From the NCBI GenBank assembly GCA_963704755.1, contig OY969938.1:4050001-4082000 (forward strand): a DNA stretch of 32,000 nucleotides. The letters run 5' to 3'. Numbering within the stretch: position 1 is the stretch's first letter; each line of letters begins with the position of its first letter. The position numbers were made by a program, and so were the translations under genes. The stretch comes from an uncultured Chloroflexia bacterium. GTDB taxonomy: Bacteria > Chloroflexota > Anaerolineae > Anaerolineales > Anaerolineaceae. Below are positions 15,803 through 23,629 of the stretch, piece after piece. The notes beneath the pieces were generated by a model. That model searched no databases and was not told the DNA's origin. It worked only from the letters and a program-made list of their open reading frames with translations.

Positions 15803-16876
15803 ATGAAAGCAATCCAAACGAAATTTCTTTATAAATTCGGGCGTACTCTTTTACTGATAATTATTCCGATTTATATTACGGCGCTATTTTTCCAGTTTCC
15901 TGGGGTCGATGGATATTACCGGGCAGAATTTGGCGATTTAATCTGCGGAACGGCTTATCGTCCCTTTGTCTATCGATTCCTGACCCCTTTGCTGGTCCGT
16001 GGATTTTCTTCAATCTTTTCTCCAGCCTGCCCGCTTCTGCCGGGCGCTTCGCCATCCTTGCGGGCTGCGCCAATTTCACAGTTCATCGTTACTTTTATCC
16101 TTTTATGCGCTTTTCTTATCGGCTTTTTTCTGGCTTTTCGATACCTCTTTACGACCTTTTTTCGGGTTCCAGTAGTTCACCTGGATGTATTTTGCTTTAT
16201 TGTCCTGTTGGGGGTACCCACCTTTTTTATATATCATAGTTATCTCTATGATTTCTCGACTTTATTTCTGTTCACACTTTGCCTGGCGCTTATGGCCCGT
16301 CAAAAGTGGGGATTGTACGCCATCTTTTTTGTGGTCGCTTGCCTGAACAAAGAAACCACCATTCTTTTAACGGTGATTTATTTTTTATATTTTTTAAAAC
16401 GATTACCGAAAAAACAATTTGTCGGGTTATTGCTGGTTCAGCTCATCGCGTTCACTGTGGTTCGGGCCGGAATCCTTTGGGCATTTAGAAATAACCCGGG
16501 GACATCCATCGAATTCCACCTGATCGATCACAATATTCCTTATCTTATGCAGCCATATACGTTGTTTTCATTTTTGTCGGTGATCATTCTGGCCATTCTC
16601 ATTTATTATCATTGGTATGAAAAGCCTTCATTCCTCAAAATTAGCAGCCTGATTTTTTTCATCCTGTTGGGTACTGCGTTTTTCTTTGGCTATATCGAAG
16701 AATTGCGGGATTATTATGAGGTATATCCGATCTTTGTGCTGCTGATGATCCATTCGATTGCAAGAATATTGGAGATTGAAATAACACCTTTGTGGCAATC
16801 CGGCCATAACGGAAAGGAAGCGGTTTTGTCTAAAATTGATAACGCAGCCAGGGGAGACACATCAAACCGGCTATGA
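15803..16876 (+). CDS. Polytopic membrane protein of unknown function (GT-C-like candidate)
   Basis: Track ORF starts at GTG 15794. ATG 15803 (MKAIQTKF...) is preferred. About 10 TM helices, AT-rich codons, and a 4-nt ATGA overlap with the next gene. Confidence 0.5.
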   Translation: MKAIQTKFLYKFGRTLLLIIIPIYITALFFQFPGVDGYYRAEFGDLICGTAYRPFVYRFLTPLLVRGFSSIFSPACPLLPGASPSLRAAPISQFIVTFILLCAFLIGFFLAFRYLFTTFFRVPVVHLDVFCFIVLLGVPTFFIYHSYLYDFSTLFLFTLCLALMARQKWGLYAIFFVVACLNKETTILLTVIYFLYFLKRLPKKQFVGLLLVQLIAFTVVRAGILWAFRNNPGTSIEFHLIDHNIPYLMQPYTLFSFLSVIILAILIYYHWYEKPSFLKISSLIFFILLGTAFFFGYIEELRDYYEVYPIFVLLMIHSIARILEIEITPLWQSGHNGKEAVLSKIDNAARGDTSNRL

Positions 16877-18036
16877 AAAATTTCTTTGTAAGGTTTATTG
16901 ATGCAGCCAGAAAAGTTTTGCCGTATTTTGTAGTGCTGCCTTTGATCTTTCTTCTGCTGATCAATCTACGCCTGGTTCTCCTGCAGTCGGAATTGCTCGA
17001 TATGGGGTCGTTCTTTGCCGCCGGATTCGCCTGGGTCCACCACCTGAATGTATATGACCCGAACCTGCCATATTTACATAAATCGGTCGACCTTGTGACC
17101 GGACTGGTCAACACCGGGGTGAACGCCAATCCACCTGTAACGGCTTTCTTTTCGTCGATCCTAATGCTGTTCGATCCTCATGCGTTTCTGCTTGGATGGC
17201 GGATTTTTTCACTCATATTGTATGTGGCCGCTGTGGTTCTGCTTTCTCGCCGGTATCATCCGCACCTGCTCGTCGTCGTTTGGGCATTGGCTTTGCCGGG
17301 CCTCTGGCAGACCCTGGAATATGGCCAGATTTACATTCCGCTGGCTTTTCTGATGACAATTGCCTGCCTGGCAACCGATCGCAAGTGGGATTTGCTAGCC
17401 GGAATCGCAATCGGGATTATGGCAGCCGTCAAGCCGAATTTTCTGCTGGTCCTGTTCATTTTGGTTTTCTCCAGGTCCTGGAAAACCATCGCCGCGGGCG
17501 CCGGAACCTTTTTGTCCCTTTCCGTTCTGCCGCTTGTGCTGCGTGGGCCGGGGGTGTATTGGGACTGGTGGGAGGCTTTGAAAGCGATGCCTGCCGCGAC
17601 CAGCGATTTCAATACCTCGTTCGCGGAGCTATTCGGCAAAATGAGCAGTCCCTGGATTTTATACGGCTTTTGCGCGTTGTTCGTTCTGCTGGTTTGCCTG
17701 TTGATCCGCTCGCGGAATTTGTCCACCCGGGAGGCGCTTGCATTGGGATTAGTCGCGTCTTTCCTGGTTTCTCCAATTGCCTGGATTGGCTATACCAGCA
17801 TCTTGCTGCCCCTGTTCTTTAGCCGGAGGTGGTCGGCCGCGACCCTGCTCTCGGCGGTATTATTGGTGACCCCGCCCCCGATTATGCGCTCGATTGAGGC
17901 AACCTATCCAGGCCTTATTCTGCTGACCAGTTGGTGGTATGGCTGGAGTGTCTTCCTGCTCTTCATCGATACCTTTCTGGCAGACTCGCTGCCGCGCTTT
18001 CAGAGCTTCAAGGTTACCCTGGTCCTGGATAAGTGA
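16873..18036 (+). CDS. Polytopic membrane protein, DUF2029/GT87-like (GT-C fold glycosyltransferase candidate)
   Basis: Multi-TM protein. GQIYIPLAFLMTIACLATDRKWDLLAGIAIGIMAAVKPNFLL resembles the DUF2029 core. Translationally coupled to the upstream gene. Confidence 0.55.
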   Translation: MKNFFVRFIDAARKVLPYFVVLPLIFLLLINLRLVLLQSELLDMGSFFAAGFAWVHHLNVYDPNLPYLHKSVDLVTGLVNTGVNANPPVTAFFSSILMLFDPHAFLLGWRIFSLILYVAAVVLLSRRYHPHLLVVVWALALPGLWQTLEYGQIYIPLAFLMTIACLATDRKWDLLAGIAIGIMAAVKPNFLLVLFILVFSRSWKTIAAGAGTFLSLSVLPLVLRGPGVYWDWWEALKAMPAATSDFNTSFAELFGKMSSPWILYGFCALFVLLVCLLIRSRNLSTREALALGLVASFLVSPIAWIGYTSILLPLFFSRRWSAATLLSAVLLVTPPPIMRSIEATYPGLILLTSWWYGWSVFLLFIDTFLADSLPRFQSFKVTLVLDK

Positions 18037-18063
18037 AACGACTCAAGTCTTTGTTAGAAAGTT

Positions 18064-18118
18064 CCCGAAATTGAAGAAATTGCGAGGACTTTACCCTCGC
18101 AATTTCTTCAATTTCGGG
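18064..18118. repeat. Palindromic element (24-bp perfect stem) of the 1779/11155 family
   Basis: CCCGAAATTGAAGAAATTGCGAGG (18064-18087), 7-nt loop, CCTCGCAATTTCTTCAATTTCGGG (18095-18118). Left flank AGAAAGTT and right flank GTTCATTACC match the family flanks. Confidence 0.85.
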
Positions 18119-18128
18119 TTCATTACCT

Positions 18129-18154
18129 ATCGGGCTGGTTTTATCCAGCCCGAT
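18129..18154. terminator. Second hairpin between the convergent genes (10-bp stem)
   Basis: ATCGGGCTGG (18129-18138), TTTTAT, CCAGCCCGAT (18145-18154). Confidence 0.45.
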
Positions 18155-18175
18155 CCGACAACTATTTTCTACTCT

Positions 18176-19474
18176 CTACTCTCCCTTCCCCCCATACCAA
18201 TCCGACCGGCGTAAGGGCAGCCCACTGCGGCCGTTCTCGTCTGGCTTGACCAGCAGGGATTGGTACAGGTTCAGGCGGCGGGTTTCGAAACCGTGCACCG
18301 ACCCGCTCATGTACAGCCGCCAAACGCGGTAGGTCACTTCGCCGACCTCCTTGACCGCCTTCTCGTGATTGGACTCCAGGCGTTTCACCCACTGGCGCAG
18401 GGTCAGGGCGTAATGCTCGCGCAGGCTCTCCACATCGCGCACCTCGAAGCCGGTGTCTTCGGCGGTGGTCAGCGTCTGGCTGACCGGCAACAGCTCGCCG
18501 TCCGGGAAAACGTAGGTGTCGCTGAAGCTGTTGGGTTCGTCCGCATCGCCGGCCCGCTTGGCGATGCCGTGATTGAGAAAAACCCCGCCGGGTTTAAGCA
18601 GGCGCAGGGCCTTCTCGAAATAGGTGCGCAGCATCACAGCCCCGACGTGCTCGAACATGCCCACGCTGGCCAGGGCGTCGTAGGGGCGATCCTCGGCCAG
18701 CTCACGGTAATCGCGGACCTCCACCCGGCAGCGGCCGGCCAGCCCGGCGGCCTGGATGCGCCGGTTGGCCAGCTCGGCCTGCGGAGCGCTGAGGGTGATG
18801 CCGGTAGCGTCCACGCCGTATTTTTGGGCGGCATGCATGACCAGCCCGCCCCAGCCGCAGCCTACGTCCAGCAGGCGCATACCCGGTTGCAAACGCAGCT
18901 TGCGGCAGATGTAGTCGATTTTATTGAGTTGGGCCGTATCCAGGTCGGTCTGGGGTGTCTCGAAGTAGGCGCAGGAATAGACCATGCGTGAGTTGAGGAA
19001 GAGCTGGTAAAAGTCGTTCGATACATCGTAATGGTAGCGCACCGCCTGGCGGTCGCGCTCGATGGAGTGTAGTTTGCCGGAAAGATGTGCCGGTCCGCGT
19101 GGCGTCGCGGCGTGTTCTGGGCCGGCGGGCAGGCGCAGCAGATCGCGGGCGGCGCGGATCTTTTTGCTCCAGCCGCCGGTGGTCTCGACCAGGCCATCCA
19201 CCACGGCGAAGACACCGATGATGTCGCCTTCGACGTCGAAGTCGTCGTACAGGTAAGCCTCGGCCACGCCGACTTCGCTGCCGGGCAGGAACATGGCCCG
19301 CAGAGCGCCGGGATGATTGAGCACCAGGGTAGTCGCCTTGGGCCGGTCGTCCGGCCAGCAAGTGCCGTCCCACAGCCGGAAGCCGACCTTATCTCCAATG
19401 ATGGGTCCGAATAAATCATCCAGTAAATGGACGGATGTTTCCACAGCCTCGTTACTTTTAATAACAGTATCCAT
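18176..19474 (-). CDS. cfa: Cyclopropane-fatty-acyl-phospholipid synthase family SAM-dependent methyltransferase
   Basis: YDVSNDFYQLFLNSRMVYSCAYF, SAM motif LLDVGCGWGGL, and LTLRQWVKRLE are typical of the CMAS family. AGGAGG lies upstream. Confidence 0.9.
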   Translation of the reverse strand: MDTVIKSNEAVETSVHLLDDLFGPIIGDKVGFRLWDGTCWPDDRPKATTLVLNHPGALRAMFLPGSEVGVAEAYLYDDFDVEGDIIGVFAVVDGLVETTGGWSKKIRAARDLLRLPAGPEHAATPRGPAHLSGKLHSIERDRQAVRYHYDVSNDFYQLFLNSRMVYSCAYFETPQTDLDTAQLNKIDYICRKLRLQPGMRLLDVGCGWGGLVMHAAQKYGVDATGITLSAPQAELANRRIQAAGLAGRCRVEVRDYRELAEDRPYDALASVGMFEHVGAVMLRTYFEKALRLLKPGGVFLNHGIAKRAGDADEPNSFSDTYVFPDGELLPVSQTLTTAEDTGFEVRDVESLREHYALTLRQWVKRLESNHEKAVKEVGEVTYRVWRLYMSGSVHGFETRRLNLYQSLLVKPDENGRSGLPLRRSDWYGGKGE

Positions 19475-19757
19475 TTAATCCTCCTATGGTTATCTACTTA
19501 GTATAAGATTGGTCGTTGTGGGATTCAAGGGTATATTCTCGATCTCAAGGTCTTTCCGAAGAGGAGACCATGGTCACTGCAACAAAAGCACGAAACCCGA
19601 TCTACGCCCAGCCAGATCAACCGCCAGAGATCGTGCTGCGGGTCGTTACAACGCAGCGAGGCGCCTGACCGGCGCCGGTTTATGCGATACTTGTAACCAG
19701 CTAATTAACTACCATCACACCGCCAATGCCAGCGGATTCAGAAGGAGACGGCTGCCC

Positions 19758-20561
19758 ATGAATAAACTGATTGCCACCACCTGTATGGCCCAAAATATGG
19801 ATTTCTTCTGCCAGGAACTGATCGATTATTTATCCGGCCGGCTGCCCGTGGCGCTGGAACTGAAGATCGACCTGGCCTGGCAAGAGCGCGAACGCCTGCT
19901 GGATGCGGGCGAGATCGACCTGGCCTGGATTTGCGGGCTGCCGTATGTGTGGAAGGCCGACCGCACGCCCGGGCGGATCGCGCTGTTGGCGGCGCCGGTC
20001 ATGGCGGACGAGCGCTACGCAGACCGGCCGGTCTATTACTCAGATGTAGTCGTTCGAGAGGACAGCCGCTTTACCCGGCTGGCCGATTTGAAAGGCGCTA
20101 CCTGGGCATACAACGAACCCGGTTCGCATTCCGGCTATAACGTAGCCAAATATGCCCTGGTGACCCGGGGCTTTCCGGCCGACTTTTTCGGCCGGGTAGT
20201 GGCCTCAGGGGCCCACCAGGTCTCGCTGGAGATGATCCGGACCGGCCAGGTGGATGCGGCCGCCATCGACAGCACCGTGCTGGCGCAGGAGCTTTCCGAT
20301 CATCCCGAAATAGGTGCGTACATGCGCGTCATCGACACGTTTGGACCGAGCCCTATTCCGCCCTGGGTGATTTCCACCCGCGTGCCGGCGGGCCTGGCCG
20401 GGCAGATCCAGGCGGCTTTAAACGATATGGCCGCCGACCCGGTCGGCAGCGCTATTCTGGCCAGGGGCAAGCTGCGCCGTTTTGCCCGGGTCAGCGACCG
20501 GGACTACGACCCGATCCGCCGGATGGACGAGGTGGCGGCGGATTATCGCTGGAACGAATAG
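19758..20561 (+). CDS. PhnD-like (phosphate/phosphonate ABC-type) substrate-binding-fold protein without a signal peptide
   Basis: Track ORF 19509-20561, trimmed to ATG 19758 (MNKLIATTCMAQNMDFF...), which follows AAGGAG. The patterns EIDLAWICGLPY, GATWAYNEPGSHSGY and VDAAAIDSTV are typical of the PhnD family. Confidence 0.7.
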   Translation: MNKLIATTCMAQNMDFFCQELIDYLSGRLPVALELKIDLAWQERERLLDAGEIDLAWICGLPYVWKADRTPGRIALLAAPVMADERYADRPVYYSDVVVREDSRFTRLADLKGATWAYNEPGSHSGYNVAKYALVTRGFPADFFGRVVASGAHQVSLEMIRTGQVDAAAIDSTVLAQELSDHPEIGAYMRVIDTFGPSPIPPWVISTRVPAGLAGQIQAALNDMAADPVGSAILARGKLRRFARVSDRDYDPIRRMDEVAADYRWNE

Positions 20562-20581
20562 CCGGCTCGAAGGTTTGCGCT

Positions 20582-21037
20582 TCAGGCCGCCCTGGCGGAT
20601 ACGTCCAGGTGGATGATATCGAGGGGGTAAGCGGCGGCTTCTTTGACCGCTTTGGCGACGTAAAAGCGGTGGCAGCGGGTGTAATCGGCCTCGAAGCACA
20701 ACAAGCAGCAGCGCTGGTCGCGGGCTTTCTCGGCCAGGCGGGCGACTTCCTCGCCCTGGCTTGTTAAATATTCCAGGTAGCCTTGCGAAAATGTTTCCCA
20801 ATCGCCGGTCTGGTGATAGGCTTTGCGGATATCGCGCGGCACGCCCAGGCCATAGAAAGGAGCATACGCGATCCCGCGTTCGTTCAAGGCGGCAGCCAGG
20901 GCCTTCTTGGAAAATCCCGGCTTGCGGCTGTTGGGGTTGCCGCGGATGTCCACCAAAACCTCGACATTATTATTCTTTAACAATTCAATGAACTCATTGA
21001 CTTTTATACCTTCATATCCGCTCGTGTACAAATTCAT
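20582..21037 (-). CDS. DUF488 family protein
   Basis: MNLYTSGYEGIKVNEFIELL...VLVDIRGNPNSRKPGFSK...CCLLCFEADYTRCHR matches the DUF488 pattern. Confidence 0.85.
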   Translation of the reverse strand: MNLYTSGYEGIKVNEFIELLKNNNVEVLVDIRGNPNSRKPGFSKKALAAALNERGIAYAPFYGLGVPRDIRKAYHQTGDWETFSQGYLEYLTSQGEEVARLAEKARDQRCCLLCFEADYTRCHRFYVAKAVKEAAAYPLDIIHLDVSARAA

Positions 21038-21121
21038 TGTGTCCCTCGAGTTCTCTGGATTCTTTAAGTTTAACCATTCTGGAGGCAGAAAACAAATCTT
21101 TGAAATAACTGCTTAGCCAGG

Positions 21122-21228
21122 CGGGTAAGAACCCCGAATTCGAACTGCTTTCGGGATTTTTTAATAGGATCCCGGGTAGTTTCAAACCAGAAATGATAAA
21201 ATTCGTAACGAATTGGGTTTCTTACCCG
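21122..21228. repeat. Composite element: ~20-nt imperfect inverted repeats carrying the family tail motif, flanking a 66-nt core that contains a hairpin plus T-run
   Basis: CGGGTAAGAACCCCGAATTCG (21122-21142) versus CGAATTGGGTTTCTTACCCG (21209-21228). Inside, CCCGAA (21133-38) pairs with TTCGGG (21150-55), followed by ATTTTTT. Confidence 0.65.
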
Positions 21229-21271
21229 ATAAGCAACACAGTTATTAAAATTCTATCCATAGCAGACTTCC

Positions 21272-22111
21272 ATGAATAACCTTTTTCTTTCGAGTTTACT
21301 GGCCCTGAGCGCAGCCGCCTTTTGGGGCGCTGGCGACTTCAGCGGTGGTTTGGCTACCCGTCGTTCCAACGCTTTTCAAACGGTTCTGTTCTCTTATAGC
21401 ATGGGGCTGGTGCTGCTGGTGATCATTGCCCTGGCCCGCGGTGAACAGTTAACCACCCCGGCTGATTTAGGTTGGGGTGTCCTGGCCGGGTTATCCGGCA
21501 TGATCGGTATTGGATTCCTTTTTATGGGCTTTGCCAGAGGCCGGATGGGCATTGTCTCGCCGGTTTCCGCAATATTGGGCTCTGCCATCCCGGTCATCTT
21601 CAACGGGTTTACCGAAGGACTGCCCAGCCCGCTGCGCCTGGCCGGATTCGCTGTAGCCCTGGTAGGGATTGGGCTGCTTTCGCGCCCGGAACGACAGGGT
21701 ATTCGCCCGGATGGCCTTGGTCTGGCATTTTTGGCGGGCCTGGGTTTTGCGGGATTTTTCATCTGCCTCGACCAGGTTGGAGGAAATGCGGTTTTCTGGC
21801 CTCTGGCTGCCGGCCGATTGGCCGCTTGCGGTGTAATGCTGCTGGTTGCTCTGGTGACCCACCGTTCGATTCAAATTCGCAAATTGCCATGGGGGCTGCT
21901 GGCCCTGGTAGGCGTGCTAGATGTGACCGGCAATTTGTTGTTTCTGCTGGCCGTCCAAAACGGCCGGCTGGATGTGTCCGCGGTTTTGGTATCTTTATAT
22001 CCGGCCATGACTGCCCTGTTGGCCTGGGCAATAATCAAAGAACGGTTGACCAAACTTCAGGTCGCCGGTGTTGGCGCAGCCATCCTGGCCATTATGTTGA
22101 TATCCGTATGA
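21272..22111 (+). CDS. EamA/DMT-superfamily transporter
   Basis: Ten predicted TM helices. Two EamA-like halves (FWGAGDFSGGLATRR..., ...LLFLLAVQNGRLDVSAVLVSLYPAMTALLAW). Confidence 0.85.
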   Translation: MNNLFLSSLLALSAAAFWGAGDFSGGLATRRSNAFQTVLFSYSMGLVLLVIIALARGEQLTTPADLGWGVLAGLSGMIGIGFLFMGFARGRMGIVSPVSAILGSAIPVIFNGFTEGLPSPLRLAGFAVALVGIGLLSRPERQGIRPDGLGLAFLAGLGFAGFFICLDQVGGNAVFWPLAAGRLAACGVMLLVALVTHRSIQIRKLPWGLLALVGVLDVTGNLLFLLAVQNGRLDVSAVLVSLYPAMTALLAWAIIKERLTKLQVAGVGAAILAIMLISV

Positions 22112-22123
22112 TAGACTAATAGC

Positions 22124-22621
22124 ATGGAATCCTTCCTCACGAATGCCATCCCCTGGGTGATCGGCGGCATCCTGCTGACCGCCCAGCTCAGCATGTTCCT
22201 GTTGATCATCCCGGCACTGTGGGTCGAATGGGCAGTGGTGCTGGTCTATGGCTTGATCCACGGTTTCGATACGACCGGATGGGTCATTTTTTCCGTAATC
22301 ACAATCCTGGTCATCCTGGGCAGCCTGCTGGACAACGTTCTGATGGGGGCCAAGGCCAGGGGCAGCGGGGCAAGCTGGCTTTCGATCGCAGTCGCGCTGG
22401 TCGGCGCACTGGCCGGCAGCCTGCTTTGGCCTCCTTTCGGGGGCATCCTTCTGGCCCTGGCGGGTATTTTCCTGGTCGAGTTGATCCGCGCGCGTGACTG
22501 GCGCAAGGCGCTCAAATCGACCAGCAGTATGGCGGCTGGCTGCGGCTGGGCAGTGGTGCTGCGCTTCTTCATCGGCCTGCTGGTGATTGGCGCCTGGCTG
22601 TTATGGGTGCTGGTGTTCTGA
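22124..22621 (+). CDS. DUF456 family membrane protein
   Basis: Four TM helices. The pattern ...GSLLDNVLMGAKARGSGASW...GGILLALAGIFLVELIR... is typical of DUF456. Confidence 0.8.
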   Translation: MESFLTNAIPWVIGGILLTAQLSMFLLIIPALWVEWAVVLVYGLIHGFDTTGWVIFSVITILVILGSLLDNVLMGAKARGSGASWLSIAVALVGALAGSLLWPPFGGILLALAGIFLVELIRARDWRKALKSTSSMAAGCGWAVVLRFFIGLLVIGAWLLWVLVF

Positions 22622-22640
22622 CCCTGGGGGAAGAATTTCA

Positions 22641-22687
22641 CCGCGGAGAAGAAGATATTAAAAAAACGCGGAGGCACGGAGAAGAGG
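22641..22687 (+). repeat. GAAGAAGA-ATTAA-CGCGGAGGCACGGAGAAGAGG motif downstream of the DUF456 stop. An inverted partner lies at 23630-23676.
   Basis: CCGCGGAGAAGAAGATATTAAAAAAACGCGGAGGCACGGAGAAGAGG compares with the reverse complement of 23630-23676, GGAAGAAGAGATTAACCACGGAGGCACGGAGCACACGGAGAAGAAGG. Confidence 0.75.
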
Positions 22688-23282
22688 TTGGAAGTAGATA
22701 ATTTTTAATTATGTAGCCCGGCTTTCAAAGCCGGGGGGTAGCTGAGGCTGCCGGGGAGGGCAGGCAAAATCCCTCGCCGCTGCGGGAAGTGGTCAGGTGG
22801 GAGGCGAGGCTGGGGAATTAGGCCTTCGCTGGAGGAGAAACGCGATTTCAGGGCGGAGTTTACCCTCATCCCTACCTTCTCCCTGAGAGGGAGAAGGCGT
22901 TAAGTTCTACTCGCCAAAGTGAAGCGGATGAAAAAGGTATAGATTGATCCGTGAAGTTGCTTTGGGGACTTGCATATTTTCATTTGGCCAGGACCAGACC
23001 CTCAACCCCTTTCGGGTAAGGTCAAGTGAGAAGCGAGGCTGGCGAATTATGTCTTCGCTGAAGGCGAAACGCGTTTACGGACTGGCGCTCTGCCCCCCTC
23101 TGCGCCGCTTCCCCCCAAATCAAAAACGGATTTGGAGGGAAGGGCCAGATTCCTCCCCTAAAATCCGCACTTTGGATTTTTTGGGGGGTTAGGAGGAGGC
23201 AAAAAGCGCTGGACGACCAGGTCATTGGCGGGTAAAACTGGCGCTCTGCCTTTTTTCTTTTCTCGGTGAACCCTTTGGCAAA

Positions 23283-23570
23283 TCCTCTTTTCCACTTAGC
23301 ATGCTCTGCTCCTGCAACACATTAGCTGACCAGTCGATAAGAGCGGCCTCGGCCGACAGAAGGGAGGGAGAGACCGGGCCGATCTGCTTTGGGCATTCGT
23401 TCTTTTAGGAGGAATTTCTCTTCTTTTCCATACTCCACGATTGTCTTTCCTACTCAGCGTGCTCTGCGCCTCTGCGGTGCAATATCTGACCAGTCGATAA
23501 GAGCGGCCTCGGCCGACAGAAGGGAGGGAGAGACCGGGCCGATCCGCTACAGGCCATTGTCTTTTCGACC
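23283..23570. repeat. Two ~130-nt units, 160 bp apart, sharing a 59-nt perfect core
   Basis: CTGACCAGTCGATAAGAGCGGCCTCGGCCGACAGAAGGGAGGGAGAGACCGGGCCGATC occurs at 23326-23384 and again at 23486-23544. The flanks are diverged but alignable on both sides. Confidence 0.9.
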
Positions 23571-23629
23571 AGCAATTTTTCTTGCTTTCTTTTCTCTGCT
23601 CTCTCTGTGTACTCTGTGGTTAAATTCTT

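Noticed and set aside
18260-19419. Several long ORFs overlapping cfa (18260-18991 +, 18862-19419 -, 18921-19373 -)
   Set aside because: They are high-GC shadow frames with Arg/Pro/Ala-rich translations. The cfa frame carries unambiguous family motifs.
19509-19757. N-terminal 83-aa extension of the PhnD-like ORF
   Set aside because: It starts at TTG, and the Arg-rich sequence is neither signal-like nor protein-like. ATG 19758 has AAGGAG upstream.
23326-23384. RNase P RNA-like words (GCTGACCAG..., GGGAGGGAGAGACCGGGCC)
   Set aside because: The near-invariant GAGGAAAGUCCGGGC core is not present. The sequence is duplicated, and the surrounding region lacks the other conserved RNase P regions.
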